From Callorhinchus milii (Eukaryota): a DNA stretch of 64,000 nt. The first letter of the stretch is position 1. Every line of letters begins with the position of its first letter. Positions 50,879-63,045 of this stretch are shown here, piece by piece. Both the position numbers and the translations under genes were made by a program. Under the pieces are notes generated by a model. The model worked only from the letters and a program-made list of their open reading frames with translations, searched no databases and was not told where the DNA came from. The DNA lies in the NCBI RefSeq assembly GCF_018977255.1, contig NW_024704742.1, forward strand, positions 29,266,001 through 29,330,000, read 5' to 3'.

Positions 50879-52931
50879 GTAAAGTTACTGCTCTGTGAAG
50901 TGTAGAGACTGTATTTTGTAGGCAAGTGGAACATGCTGATTAGTCAAACATTATACCATTACCTCGGAGAATGAAGTGCCAATTTGACCAATTAGAGTGC
51001 ATATTTAGAAGTTTTTTCGAAATCCGAATTTTAAAAATTGTTTATTTTGATCAGATCGTTGAGTTCTTGCTTTTCCAAAGTTATAAAAAAACAATTTGTT
51101 TTCAGTGCCAACCTAACCTACCTGTCCACAAGGAGTTTGTATTGTTGTAAGTCTAACGATAAAATATGAAATTCAGACCGATTATCTGATATCCGAGCAC
51201 AATACTTGCTCGCATTTTGTAATAATTTTGTACATTTTGTCCTAAAATTGCTATATTGCTACAATGATGTGCACAAATTGGCTGTCGATGCACCCACAAA
51301 ATACAGTGACACCACCTTACAGTGTTTCATGTGAAGTGCTTTAAGACGGCTCGTGGAGGGGTCAAGGAGCTATATCAAATGCTAGGATTATTATTAGATG
51401 TTGGTGTGCGACCAGCTGGCTCTTCGATAACATTTAGCATGTCGGTGTGGCAAACCGCCTGTTACTTGTGAATTTGCAGAACTCTCCTCCGTACTCCACA
51501 GCTGGCAGCTTAGGAAGTACTAATCTGATTTCTTTCACTGTTAGATGTGATAAGGTTCTATATGCATATGCAGTGTATTTACTAATAAGCTATCAGAGGG
51601 AGCTCCAATCTTGTATTAGTTCTGTTGCTTCAAAGGTTGCATTAATCAATGGTTTACGGTAAAATTGAAGGCAGTAAATATTCCAAGCTTGGCCCCATTG
51701 CTCTACTGAAAAGCTATTTATTTACAGATCACCTTTCCATTAACTGTGTTGGCTCCTTGTTTCTGCCATTTTCATATTGCGATGCTTTCTCCAGCACTTT
51801 GTCCGGGTTTCTACACGACACAATGAGGCACTATATTAAACGCAAGGATTTTTTATTTGTTTTTTTGTGAACTCATTGGAGGTATTGGTGTAAAAGATCT
51901 GATTGCCTTGTGACAGTGTCTGCACTTGAAATGAGAAAATGACCAGTTTGGGTCACCAGCTTGATCTAATATTTCAAATGTTGGTGGTTGGGTAGTGAAA
52001 TTGAGGCAGAGAGTTAGTGATTATTTCCTTTGTGCTCTGTGCAGGTACAGATTGTGATCCATTGGGAGTGTCTTGGACCTAAATAGTTGTGCATCACTTT
52101 ATAGGGAGGTTCCTTTGATAGAGGATTGTTTTACATGGAATAACAGAGTAAAATTCATTCAATGGTGGACTCTATTAGCAGAAGGCATCAATCAAGCTCT
52201 TTTACAAGGCTGTTTCTCACACCAACTGCAAGTATGGACATATATAAAACCTGATTTAATCAAAATCTACACTGCACACAAGTAATTCAGTGAAGTAGGT
52301 AAAGTGCGCATTTGGTAGTTCATCACTGTAGCCAGTAAGTGTGCATGCGGTGTCTGGTCAAGACTACATATCCCTCGATTCAATGCGACTTGACCCGTCA
52401 CCCCATGAACACTTACCGGTAAGCATTGGAATCGTGGGAAATGAAGTTCTGCGCATGTGGTGCGCAGAGACAACGCCCGGCGTAGAGGGCGCTATATAAA
52501 TGCAAGTTGTTGTTGGTGATGGATCAAGACTATGTTTCCCCCGATTCACTGCACCACATGTAAGTACGTATACATCGATGGGTCAGGATGTCATTTCCCG
52601 TGATTCAATGCAGCCGATAAACGCTGGAATCATTGAGGATAGGGAAGCGGCATTTTGAGTTAGGAGATGATAAATACGACTAGTGCAAAGAAATCTAAAT
52701 GGTTTTGATAGGAACCTGAATGGGATTTGGGTGTAGGTATGATTTGGGCGATTATATGATTCGTAAAGATAAGACTTATGAATTAAGTTGGTAAGTCAGC
52801 TTACTCCTCAAGTCTGAGGTTTTTAGTAGTGAAGTGGAATGTTCACACCCGATATCCACAACACGAAATTTGTGCAGCTTTTTATGAACCTTCACTGTTC
52901 CTCCCATGTAACTTGCGTAAATCTCTTGCAG

Positions 52932-53204
52932 TGTGTTCTATGGGACCCAAAACCAGCAGGCTGTACAGTGCTCTGGCTCCGACTATAACCACAAATGGAA
53001 TCCCACAGGTGCCTAAGTTCATGATGGACCCCAACCTGGAACCGCTTGATCCAACAGACCCCAGTGACCTCCTGAAGGAATGTCAGAAAGCTCTAGAGAA
53101 GCGTCCGCCCCGGCTCCAGCGGGACTTCCTGGAGCTAAGGAAGATCCAAGTTCCCACTGATTGCCGCCCGATCCGGGTCATGCAGTGGAACATACTAGCA
53201 CAAG
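52932..53204 (+). CDS. NOCT: Nocturnin coding exon 2
   Basis: Acceptor tctcttgcag| at 52931 and donor CAAG|GTAGGG at 53205. Encodes (V)CSMGPKTSRLYSALA...RPPRLQRDF...PIRVMQWNILAQ, the nocturnin-specific VCSMG..SRLYSALA and EEP WNILAQ motifs. 273 nt, phase 1-1. Confidence 0.96.
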
Positions 53205-53654
53205 GTAGGGCAAGTCTCCCTGGCTACGCTGGTCACACAACAGAACCCACATTTAAAATGTGTGTTCTGGGGCGCTTGTATTAAATTGGATTCTGGTGAC
53301 GAGGTGGATTTCACGAACTAGTTCTTAATCTTGATATGTTTAATAACGTGTACTTCTACAGGATTACCCTAAAGCCAGTGTGTCCCACTTATTTAATCTG
53401 GAGATGAGACCAAGGTTTCACTGCCTTCTGCTGAGTCAAAATAATTCTGGGACATCTTAGCCACATGTTCCTATGGTCCTCCACAACTTTTTTTTAAGAT
53501 TAAAGCTTCTTTATTTTTGCTAACATTTGTATTCTACTGTACTGCCTATCAACAAGTTTACCATCTCTGCTGTAGTTTGTTCAAATGTGTTAATGTAAGT
53601 ATTAGCCCTAAAAGTTGATGTGCTTAGAGCTATTCAACTACTGGTCATATGCCT

Positions 53655-54683
53655 GACGCTGACAGCATCACCATCCATGGATGCCTTCCCCCACCTCCAC
53701 AATATCGCCCGGCTCTGCCACTGTCTCACACCGCAGGCCACCAAAACCCTCATATATGCTTTCATTACATCAAAGCTCAACTATGCAAACTCATTGCTCG
53801 TCGGCCCCAACTCCTCCCTTCATAGGCCGCAGGTCATCCAGAACTCTGCAGCCCGTGTCTTCTCCCGCACGAGCCTCTGTGACCCTATCACCCCCATCTT
53901 TGCCCGACTCCACTGGTTTCCCATCACACAGAGGATACAGTTCAAGATCCTGGACCTCACCTTCAAAGCCCTCCATGGCCTTGTTCTCCCCCTACCTCTG
54001 CGACCTCCTAACTCCCAAGCATCCTGCCCGTTCCCTCCACTCAGCGGGCTCCGGCCTGCTTCACATCCCCCGCCTCGCCCATCCCACCATTGGCGGGTAG
54101 GCCTTGTGCCACTGTACCCCCATCCTTTGGAATTCCATCCCTCAGTCCCTCCACCTCACCCCCTCCCTGGCCTCCTTCAAGACTCATCTCAAGATCTCCT
54201 CTTCGACCATGCCTTCGATCACCCTCTTTCCCCCCCCACCCTGCCCTCCAGCCTCCCCGATTCCCGACTCCCAGCTCAGGTCCGAAATACTGACTGTCCA
54301 GCACCTTGGGACGTCCTCCTGACATGAAAATAATAATAATCCTTGCATTTGATATAGCGCTTTTCACGTCGGGAGGACATCCCAAAGTGCTTCACAGAAT
54401 ATACTGTAAAGTGAATTGACTTTATATTTGTGGGCGAACGCGGCAGCCAATTGCGCACAGCAATGTCCCACAAAGAGTCGTAGATTGAAAATGATCAATT
54501 TATTATTGTTTTTGGTTTTGGAGGGATTATTATTAGGCTCTGTGTGGAGTAAGGAAACTTGCCCAAGGTTTCGCCCTCTGCCTGGAATTGAACTCAGGTC
54601 TCTCACTTGCAAAGCGAGTGCTCGAACCACTGAGCTACAGGACTCCATGAAAGACGCTATACAAAGTCATTTTGTTGTTGTTA
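53655..54683 (+). mobile_element. L2 LINE 3' fragment in NOCT intron 2, interrupted by a SINE
   Basis: LHNIARL...FITSKLNYANSLL...LHWFPITQRIQFKIL; the tail resumes at 54647 after the SINE. Confidence 0.93.
54330..54646 (-). mobile_element. Same SINE (short variant), full length, with TSD
   Basis: Close reverse complement of 48742-49070; ATGAAA duplicated at 54324-54329 and 54647-54652. Confidence 0.92.
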
Positions 54684-55210
54684 TGACTACCAGATACATC
54701 AGGGCAGCGTTTCTCAAATGCAGCCACTCGCTTGAATTTTTGGGGCCACAGCAGCCCCCACTCCACCCTCCCACTGCATGAGATTTGCAGCTGCTATTGA
54801 CCAGCTTTAGCGTTAATGCAGATCATGGCCAGATTTCCACATTGACCAGGAGAGACAGGACCCTATGTTTTATATTACACAATAAAATGTATCATCAGTC
54901 AGGGGACACGAGCCATTGTCTGGCATTGGTGCTTGTGTTGCAGCTGGAACATTGAAGCAGTAAATGTAATACTAATCCTTGTATTTGATATAGCATCTTA
55001 ACATGTCATTGAGACGTTTCAAAGCGCTTCACAGAATATATTGTAAAGTGGATCGACTGTATATTTTGTGGGCGAAATAAAGTGGGCATGTACAAGTGGT
55101 GAACAATTTGTCCCTAATATAAACTAGAATAATGTGTGAGTGTGTGAGAAAAAAAAGATGTATTTTAATTTCACCTATTTTTTTTTCCCCCTGCTCCTGT
55201 TTTGACACAG

Positions 55211-56043
55211 CTCTGGGGGAATGGAAGGACAATTTCATCAAGTGTCCGAGAGAAGCTTTGAACTGGTCCGAGCGTAAATACCTCATCCTGGAGGAGATCG
55301 TAACCTACCGGCCTGATATTGTGTGTTTGCAGGAGGTGGACCACTACTTTGACACCTTCCAGCCGGTACTCCGAGGGCTGGGTTATCACTCCACCTTCTA
55401 CCCTAAACCGCGGTCGCCGTGCTTGGATGTGGAGAACAACAATGGGCCGGATGGATGCGCCTTGTTCTTCCTACGGGAGAGGTTTGAGCTGCTTGACAGC
55501 GTCACCCTCCGTCTGGTGGCCAAGAGGCTGCAGACCAACCAAGTGGCCATTGCCCAGACTTTGCGCTGCGTGGAGACGGGCAAAGTCTTCTGCGTAGCCG
55601 TGACCCACCTCAAAGCCTGCAGTGGGTGGGAACGATTCCGCTCGTCGCAAGGCAGCCACCTGCTCCACAACCTGGAGAGCATCACTGAGGGGGGCGGCGC
55701 ACCCCTCATCGTGTGCGGAGACTTCAATGCCGAGCCCACTGAGGATGTATACAAACAGTTCAGCTTGTCCAGCCTGAACCTAAACAGTGCTTACAAGCTG
55801 CTGAGCAAAGACGGGCAGTCGGAGCCTCGCTTCACCACCTGGAAAATCCGCACGACCGGAGAGAGCTGCCACACTTTGGATTACATCTGGTATTCCAAGC
55901 AGGCTTTCATTGTGAATACGTTACTCAATATGCCAACAGAGGAACAGATTGGCCCAAATCGGTTACCATCCTTCCACTATCCCTCCGATCACTTGTCTCT
56001 CGTGTGTGAGTTCAGCTTCACGGACAATCCCATTAAATCCTGA
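55211..56043 (+). CDS. NOCT: Nocturnin coding exon 3 (EEP/CCR4-like NADP(H) 2'-phosphatase domain)
   Basis: Polypyrimidine tract plus acacag| at 55210. Encodes CLQEVDH, NNGPDGCALFF, THLKA, GDFNAEP, TTWKIR, TLDYIWYS and YPSDHLSL; stop TGA at 56041-56043. Confidence 0.98.
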
Positions 56044-56166
56044 CCCCAACATCACCTCTTTTTGATACCCACGCTTGAGATTAAAGCTCCAGATTGGAAT
56101 GAAGCAGAATGACTTGTGTTTCTTTGGTAATGACCTAAACAACACCCTTGCCGTGAAACCACCTGA

Positions 56167-56172
56167 AATAAA
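56167..56172 (+). terminator. Candidate proximal poly(A) signal of NOCT
   Basis: AATAAA 124 nt after the stop codon, with GT-rich sequence downstream. Further AATAAA hexamers lie at about 59339-59399. Confidence 0.45.
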
Positions 56173-58614
56173 CATGTAGCCTCAGAACAGGAATGGTATG
56201 AAAATGATGTACATTGGATGTTACACTATTTGTGTTGCTTTACAATTTGAGATTAAGTTGAAATGCCAGTGAACTTTGTAAGCGGTTTTTAACTGTTTTG
56301 GAGGCTTAGAACCAATTCTAGATATTCAGTAACCTGAATGTGCGATCACTTGAACTGTTTTTGTTTTTCTTAGCATGTTCTAAGTATTGGTTAGTGGGTG
56401 AGGGTTTCACTCTTACCCTCCTGTGGTGGATAACCCAGTCGTGACCTTAATGATCAACTTTAGCCCTAGACGTTGAGAAGAAAAACTGGAGACTTGTTTG
56501 CTAAAGCTAGCAAATTCCGTTCCCGTTACAAAGTGCAATCAAACAAATGTTTAGCTGCATGGTTGATGACTTCTCCATCACCACTACCTAACAGACATAG
56601 TTACTGTAGTTCAACACTGATATATTGGGAGCGTGGAGAACGGGAAGTGAACCTCCAGGACAATCCATCCACCAAGTCTCCAAATGTTCTCAAAGTCTGT
56701 TCTCGAGGGAGTGATTCAAGTACTGACATCACTTCACCTTTGAGCACAAATCACCAAGTCACACATGTACAACTCCATCTGACTCAAGTGCTGCGTTAGT
56801 ACAGGCCTGTGAGCATCTTGTCTGCTATGGTGATGTAACGTTTTGCAGAGGAACCAGATATAATAATAACCTTGGATTTGACTAGCGCAGGATCACGTCA
56901 TCGAGGTGTTTTGTGGGTGAAAAGTGACAGCCAGTTTGTGCACAGAAATGTCCCCACTAACAGCCAATGGAGTGAGTGACCAGGTTTATTTGGGGAGGGG
57001 TGTCAGCCACTGGGAGAAACTCTTCTCTTTTCCGAAGGACGGCACTTTCGACAACGCAACATATCCAGCACTGTATTGAAGTATCACCCAAGTGTCAGCT
57101 TAGACTATGATTTCAAGTCCTAATTTGGAGCTTCAATCCACAACCTTCTGACTCGAGAGGTGAGAGCGCTACCTCCTGAGCCAGACTGACACACAGAGGA
57201 GAACGTTCAAAAATCTTGTTTGTTTTATTTTAAAAGAAAAGGGTGTCAAAATACCAGCTCACCATAAAGCTTCACCTTTCAGCCACAGTCTTGGGCTGTC
57301 AATTCTTAATTGAAGGAAAATGAGAGGATGGCAGAGATCAGGTGGTGGTTTACCTGCTTCCTATGTTCGGGAAAAGTGCTGACACGGTTAACACTTGCCT
57401 GAGTATTAAACCTTGCAGTGTTAAATTGTGGGTAAAGCTGAACTAGCTTTCCAATCTTGATTTGCATAGCATTCGAGTATCTTGAAAGGATGTTTGCAGC
57501 GGGGGAGAATGCTGCAAACATCAAACACAAGAAGAGGATCCCTTAAAGTTTTAAACTTTTTATCTAAAAAATGCATTTCAGGGAGATATTTCAATAACAG
57601 TGTTATCCTTGATTAAAAGAAATGACAAATTGCGGTTAAGCTAAGCTGGTGTGGAATTTGTATGCATTTGACCAAGCATTGATATCAAGTTTATTTTGGT
57701 TTTCATTAAAATTTATGGTTCTAGTTAGTTTTATAAACTTTCAGAGTTTTTTTTACATTAGCAAAACTGCTGGAATGTCCAATGTTAACAATTGATGTAC
57801 TGGAACTTCCTACCATTTAAAACAAATCCACTACCCAAACTTAGAAATGTATTTTCAAGTAAAATTTCTGAATCGATAGTATTGCCTGAAAAGCTCCTGT
57901 GTGTTGCTGTAACCTTCAGAAACTAGAGGGTAATAAGTGTAAATTAATAAGCTAATAGTAATGTTTTAAGTCCTAAGAATAACCACTGTGCTATAGTTTA
58001 AAAAGCTGAAGAACTTAGAAAACTATTTTAGCTAAGATGTATTGTGTTTTCAGGAAGTCTAAATTTAGACAATTCTCCAAATTCAAAGGCGAGCAGCTGA
58101 TAAGACTTTAAATGTAGTCTGCCTGTTCAGGTGCATGTTAAAGGTCCCATGGCACTACTTAAAACAGAAGTTTCTCCCAATGTCCTGGCCAACAAACAAT
58201 CCCTCAGATAACATTGATCATTTGTTTCATGGCTGTTTGCTGTGCGCAAATGCCCTGCCCCCTTATAAGCCCTGTGTCAAATGCAAGGGTTGTTTTACAG
58301 AGAGCTGGCTTCCAAATTGAAGAACGGTTTAAGAATCTTCCAGAATTCTGCACAATCTTAAATTTTAAGACCATGGGATATTTTGGGCTTTTTGCACAAA
58401 GACTTGAAAAGGAAATGTGGCTCTGAATTATTCCTTTTGGAAGAGCCTTGCAAACAACTATGAATGTGATTTTTTTTGTGTGTGGGGCAGAGGCAGACGT
58501 AAATGTCTGTATTTATTCTCTGTATCAGTCTGATTCGGTTTTGTTTATATCATTGTATGGTTTGTTTTTGCTCCAGTCGCCTGTCTCTCTGCAGCATGTG
58601 TGACCCAGAGGGTA

Positions 58615-58796
58615 CAGTAAACACCTGATAACTCAACCCTGGCTTAACTTGTCACTACCACTTAAGTCATCACACTGTCAATATCCTGGCCACATTTATT
58701 TATGTGTGCGTATTTATATGTATGCCTAACTCACCACTAGAGATAACTAGTTACTGAGCCCTTCCCATGGAGTGACGAGTTATCAGGAGTTTACTG
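58615..58796. mobile_element. Tigger/pogo-like MITE
   Basis: TA|CAGTAAACACCTGATAACTC...GAGTTATCAGGAGTTTACTG|TA: 20-bp TIR with one mismatch, TA TSD, 182 bp. Confidence 0.9.
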
Positions 58797-60040
58797 TATT
58801 TCCATTGAATTACTCTACCAGATTAATTGAACCAATCCCTGATGATAGAAAGATGTCTGTTCTTGTGCTAACTGTTTCCTGGCATTACAAATGTAAACTC
58901 GTATAACTTATTTTTGTGACATAAAATATAAGTATTTTAATATTGAAATCAATTTACATATAGCTATTAAATGCTTACATAGAAGTATGTTGTACTGTTT
59001 TTGTTTAACCCCTTCTTTCCCCATCCACACATCCTCTGTATTTATGGTTTCAAAGTGCATTATTAATTTATTATTGATGCATTCACTCCTCTTTGTGCAT
59101 TTATCTATTCATTCAGAATTGAAACTGTAGGCAAAATTTGATTCCTTGAAGCAATCCTCAGCTTATTTAAGGATACTTTTGAGATCACCCAGTAGGTGGT
59201 GGCCATCTCTCAGTGTAAGAAACCCAGTGGTCTGAGTTTTGTTAAGTAGAGATGATTATTGCAATGGGTTTCACCCTTCAGTATCCTAGTTGGATAAGGA
59301 AATACCACATTCTTCGCTGGCATGAAGAACATGAGGGAAATAAATTAATTTTCTTATCCTCAATGTAAGTCCCAGAGTTTAATAAAAAAGGAAAATAAAT
59401 GTTTTTCTCTATCAATCACCTGCACATTATTTTGCTGAGATACATATACAAGAGAGGAGTAGGTAGGTACATTAGGTGTCCACCTGACTCAGTTAGTAGC
59501 ACTCTTGCTTCTCAGCTCGGAGTTTGTTGGTTAAACCACAGGAAGATGATCAGTGCCAATACTTCTCAGTAAGTTACTTATATTTATCGTCTCTTGAAAT
59601 GTTGTCATTCTTAGAATAAGAAAACCGTATAGCTATTGTGTCCCTTCCAGGGATGATACTCTCTTTATTTCTGTTGAAATTTATTACAATTAACTCATCT
59701 TGAATTAAAGACCATTTGTTTGTCTTAAGATGCCTGGTATTTGTGTGGGAGTGTTCCAATGTGTGCAGTTGCATAAAGAGGTGATGCAGAAATGGGAGCT
59801 TGTTAAAATGAGAAGGATCTTAAAGTTCTGCTGACCAACCAGTGCGGAAAGGTAGTGGGAAATTAGAGCTGGTCACACTATTCGTATAGTATAAAATGCT
59901 ACTTTTGGTCTAAAACCTCATTGATCCCCCGGCACTTTGTTTCTGAAGAAGAATTAGTCAAAGACTTCAGCACAATGTGTTATACTTACAAGTCTGACCA
60001 TAATCTCTGCATTCAAACTCTTTGGGGGTTTCAATGGCAT

Positions 60041-60334
60041 GGAGTTAGAGCACTCGCTTTACAAGTGAGAGACCTGAGTTCAATTCCAGGCAGAGGGCGA
60101 AACCTTGGGCAAGTTTCCTTACTCCACACGCCTAATAATAATCCCTCCAAAACCCAAAACAATAATAAATTGGTGGTTTTCAATCCACGACTGTTTGTGG
60201 GACATTGCTGTGCGCAATTGGCTGCCGTGTTCGCCCACAAATATAGTCAATTCACTTTACAGTATATTCTGTGAAGCGCTTTGGGACGCCTAGAAGATGT
60301 GAAAAGCGCTATATCAAATGCAAGGATTATTATT
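60041..60334 (+). mobile_element. Same SINE (short variant) between the NOCT and ELF2 3' ends
   Basis: Head with partial A-box deletion, core, tail. Confidence 0.9.
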
Positions 60335-60794
60335 TCAATGCCACTCAACAACAGGTCACTTTTCTTTAAAAAGCAGAAATTTGACGGATGCTAAATGAGA
60401 ATCATAACGCCACAAGGCAAATGTCAAGCTGTCCCCAGTCAGGTCACTGACATGATTGCAGTACATTGTTCGTTACAGTGGCAGTGCACAAAAACAGGCC
60501 ATTCAGCCCCAACTAGTCAGTGCTGGTGTTCATACTCCATACAAGCCCTCACTCTTCTTATTCCCCTCTGTTCCATTTCTCCCTCAAGTATGGATCAGAT
60601 TTTCTCTTAAATACATTGATACATACATCAGTGATATCCTTCAAACAGTTAAGATATTTGCAGTGTTTCAGAATACAACACCAGACATTTCACTCCAATA
60701 CTCTTTCCAGAGGAACTGAATGAAAGTGGAAACTTGTCAGAATGGAACTGATTCAAGAAATGCAGTTTCTGTGATATTTGCTGATCAAGTAAGA

Positions 60795-60800
60795 TTTATT
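60795..60800 (-). terminator. Candidate poly(A) signal of ELF2
   Basis: TTTATT on + (AATAAA on -) at the end of a ~2.2-kb AT-rich, TE-poor stretch after the ELF2 stop codon. An ATTAAA variant lies at 60831-60836. Confidence 0.45.
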
Positions 60801-63045
60801 GGTGATAACTGACTAAAACGTGTTTTTACGTTTAATTTCATCTTTTAGTAAAAAGTCTTTAAAGAAGACATGGACACCAGATTTGTTTGTATTTCTTTAC
60901 CAAAAGTCAACCAAAAACAGGTTTCACTTTTATATTTTGGTAAAATCTACTTGAATACACTTTGAAACAAGAGTACAACAAAATAGAATATACTTCAAAT
61001 GTTGAAACTGTACAAACGTCTTCAGTCAGAACACTGGGCATCTTCCTCATTGAACGTTAAAGAGCGAGTTTCAGGACCCGGTGTCAAACTTTTATAAAGA
61101 ATTGTGATCAGCAACATTTTGCTTTTTTTAAAGTTTGGTTTTACTGCTCTTTCACAATTTCTGAACCCTTATGCTCAAACGGTAAGTCCAATGAGATCCA
61201 ATGGCACCACCACGTTCAACAGGTATAACTGTGTCAAAACTACATTAAACTAAAAGACTTACCCAAAGTTTTTTTAGGTTAAGTGAGTTATCTTTACTCA
61301 AGATATGACTTAAAACCGACCCAAGTCAATGCCCCTCATCCCCCACACCACGCTGTGAGACACTTCCTCATGTGAAGAGCGCTATATAAATGCAAGTTGT
61401 TGTTGCCATTAACTTTTTGCAGGGGAGTGGGGAAAAGGAAAGGTTTCAGACTGTTAGTGCTAATAAACATTTTTTGCCTTTCTGAAGGTGCAAAGTGTGT
61501 AAGACAAAGTTAAACTTCACTGTTTAAACTCAATGATTCACAAAACAATTGTCTGGGTGGGTGTCTGGAACAAAAAAAGGCTGATCACAATTCTTTCCTT
61601 CCGCCCAAGAAAAAGGTTCCGGATCGTGAAGTTCCCTAATTAATTGAAGTCTGCAGGTTTAGAAGTACCTAAAAAGAAACAGCTCATTGCACAAAACCTA
61701 AACGGAACATGACCTTGAAATGACAAAAAAGATAAAATCCAGAGTGAAATGTTGGTACAGACACAGTGGGGCAAAGTGACACAGGCATTAGAGAAAAGTT
61801 GTGCAGCCGAAAGTCTGTCACTTAAATTTGACCACAACCCAGGTAGCTGACTGACTCTAACTACCATAAGATAACATGTTACTCCATAACAATACTGTGC
61901 TTTTAAGTGTAAGATTAAAAAGAGCTTTAAACAAAAATCTAGATCTTTTTTCTTAGCTTATTTTTTTTAAATGAGAGGGAAAACTGAAGCTTCCATTTTA
62001 ACGTTGCTCACAAACTTAATTATACAAATCCTGCAAAAAGAACTTCACATTCATCTCTCCAAATAAAAGCAGTTTAATCCCGAGCTTCTATTTCAACTTA
62101 ATCCTTCTTCGTGTTCCAAACACAGTTTTTTTTAATATATAAACGAGAATTCACTCAGCACCAGTAAAAGAAAAAAAAATACTGCGTGCACACAGTGTTA
62201 TTTAAACAAATGCCGCCACTGCAGTTGATTGCAAAAGGCAGCATCCCCGGTTTTAAAAAGGCCCAGTGTCACCAGCGATTTCCTGCACACTAGTAACCAA
62301 TTCCTATCCTCCACAGGTTCTTGGGCTCCCAGGACCCCAGGGTCAAATAGATCCAATCCTGTCACAGTTCTAATGACAAGCACGACTGGCCTGATTCGAT
62401 CAGGCAAGTTTCACCACTTAAGGTTGATGAAGAAAAATATTCCTGGTTCAAAATGTTTTTTAAAAAAAAAGTGGCTTTCATTGCAAGATGAGGGCAGGTT
62501 ACATTGCTCCCACCACAGCACTGCTACCTGCTTAACAAGCACCTTTTTCTTTGGGGTGGGGGGGGGGGGCGGGGAAGGAATTTTTTTACTTGCACTGACA
62601 ATGGCATGAAGACACAGCGGGCTTTTTTAAGAAAAAATTGTGCAGTATTCATGCTACAAAACCAAATCATAAACGCTAGTTTAGTGTTTCCAGAAATTCT
62701 TTAGTGTAGGTTCAAAAATGTAGTGAAACTCTTATGGTCCCTTATTGTTTGCGAATTGATGATGCTTTCCACCTGCATCTCAATTTCATTGACGTCTCTT
62801 GTATTGGTTCCTATTTTGTTTGTTTTTCTTTTTTTTTGAAAAAAAGAGACTGTTTCTTTGTCAGCATTTGATGGCGTGGCTCAAACCCCGCCTTGAACCG
62901 TTGGGACGGCAAAAAAAATAATTAAAAGGAAGAGTTCGTTGCCCGCTGAGAACGTTCCTTTTTTTAAAAAAAAGTCTTGCATACGACCAAAGTTTCTTCC
63001 TTTTTTTAAAAAAAACAAAACAAAATCAAGTTCTTTTTCAGCTGG

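Noticed and set aside
55132..55210. ORF-track N-terminal extension of NOCT exon 3 (likewise 52829-52931, 53205-53284 and ELF2 63689-63774)
   Set aside because: Intronic: these lie outside clear splice sites and have no homology.
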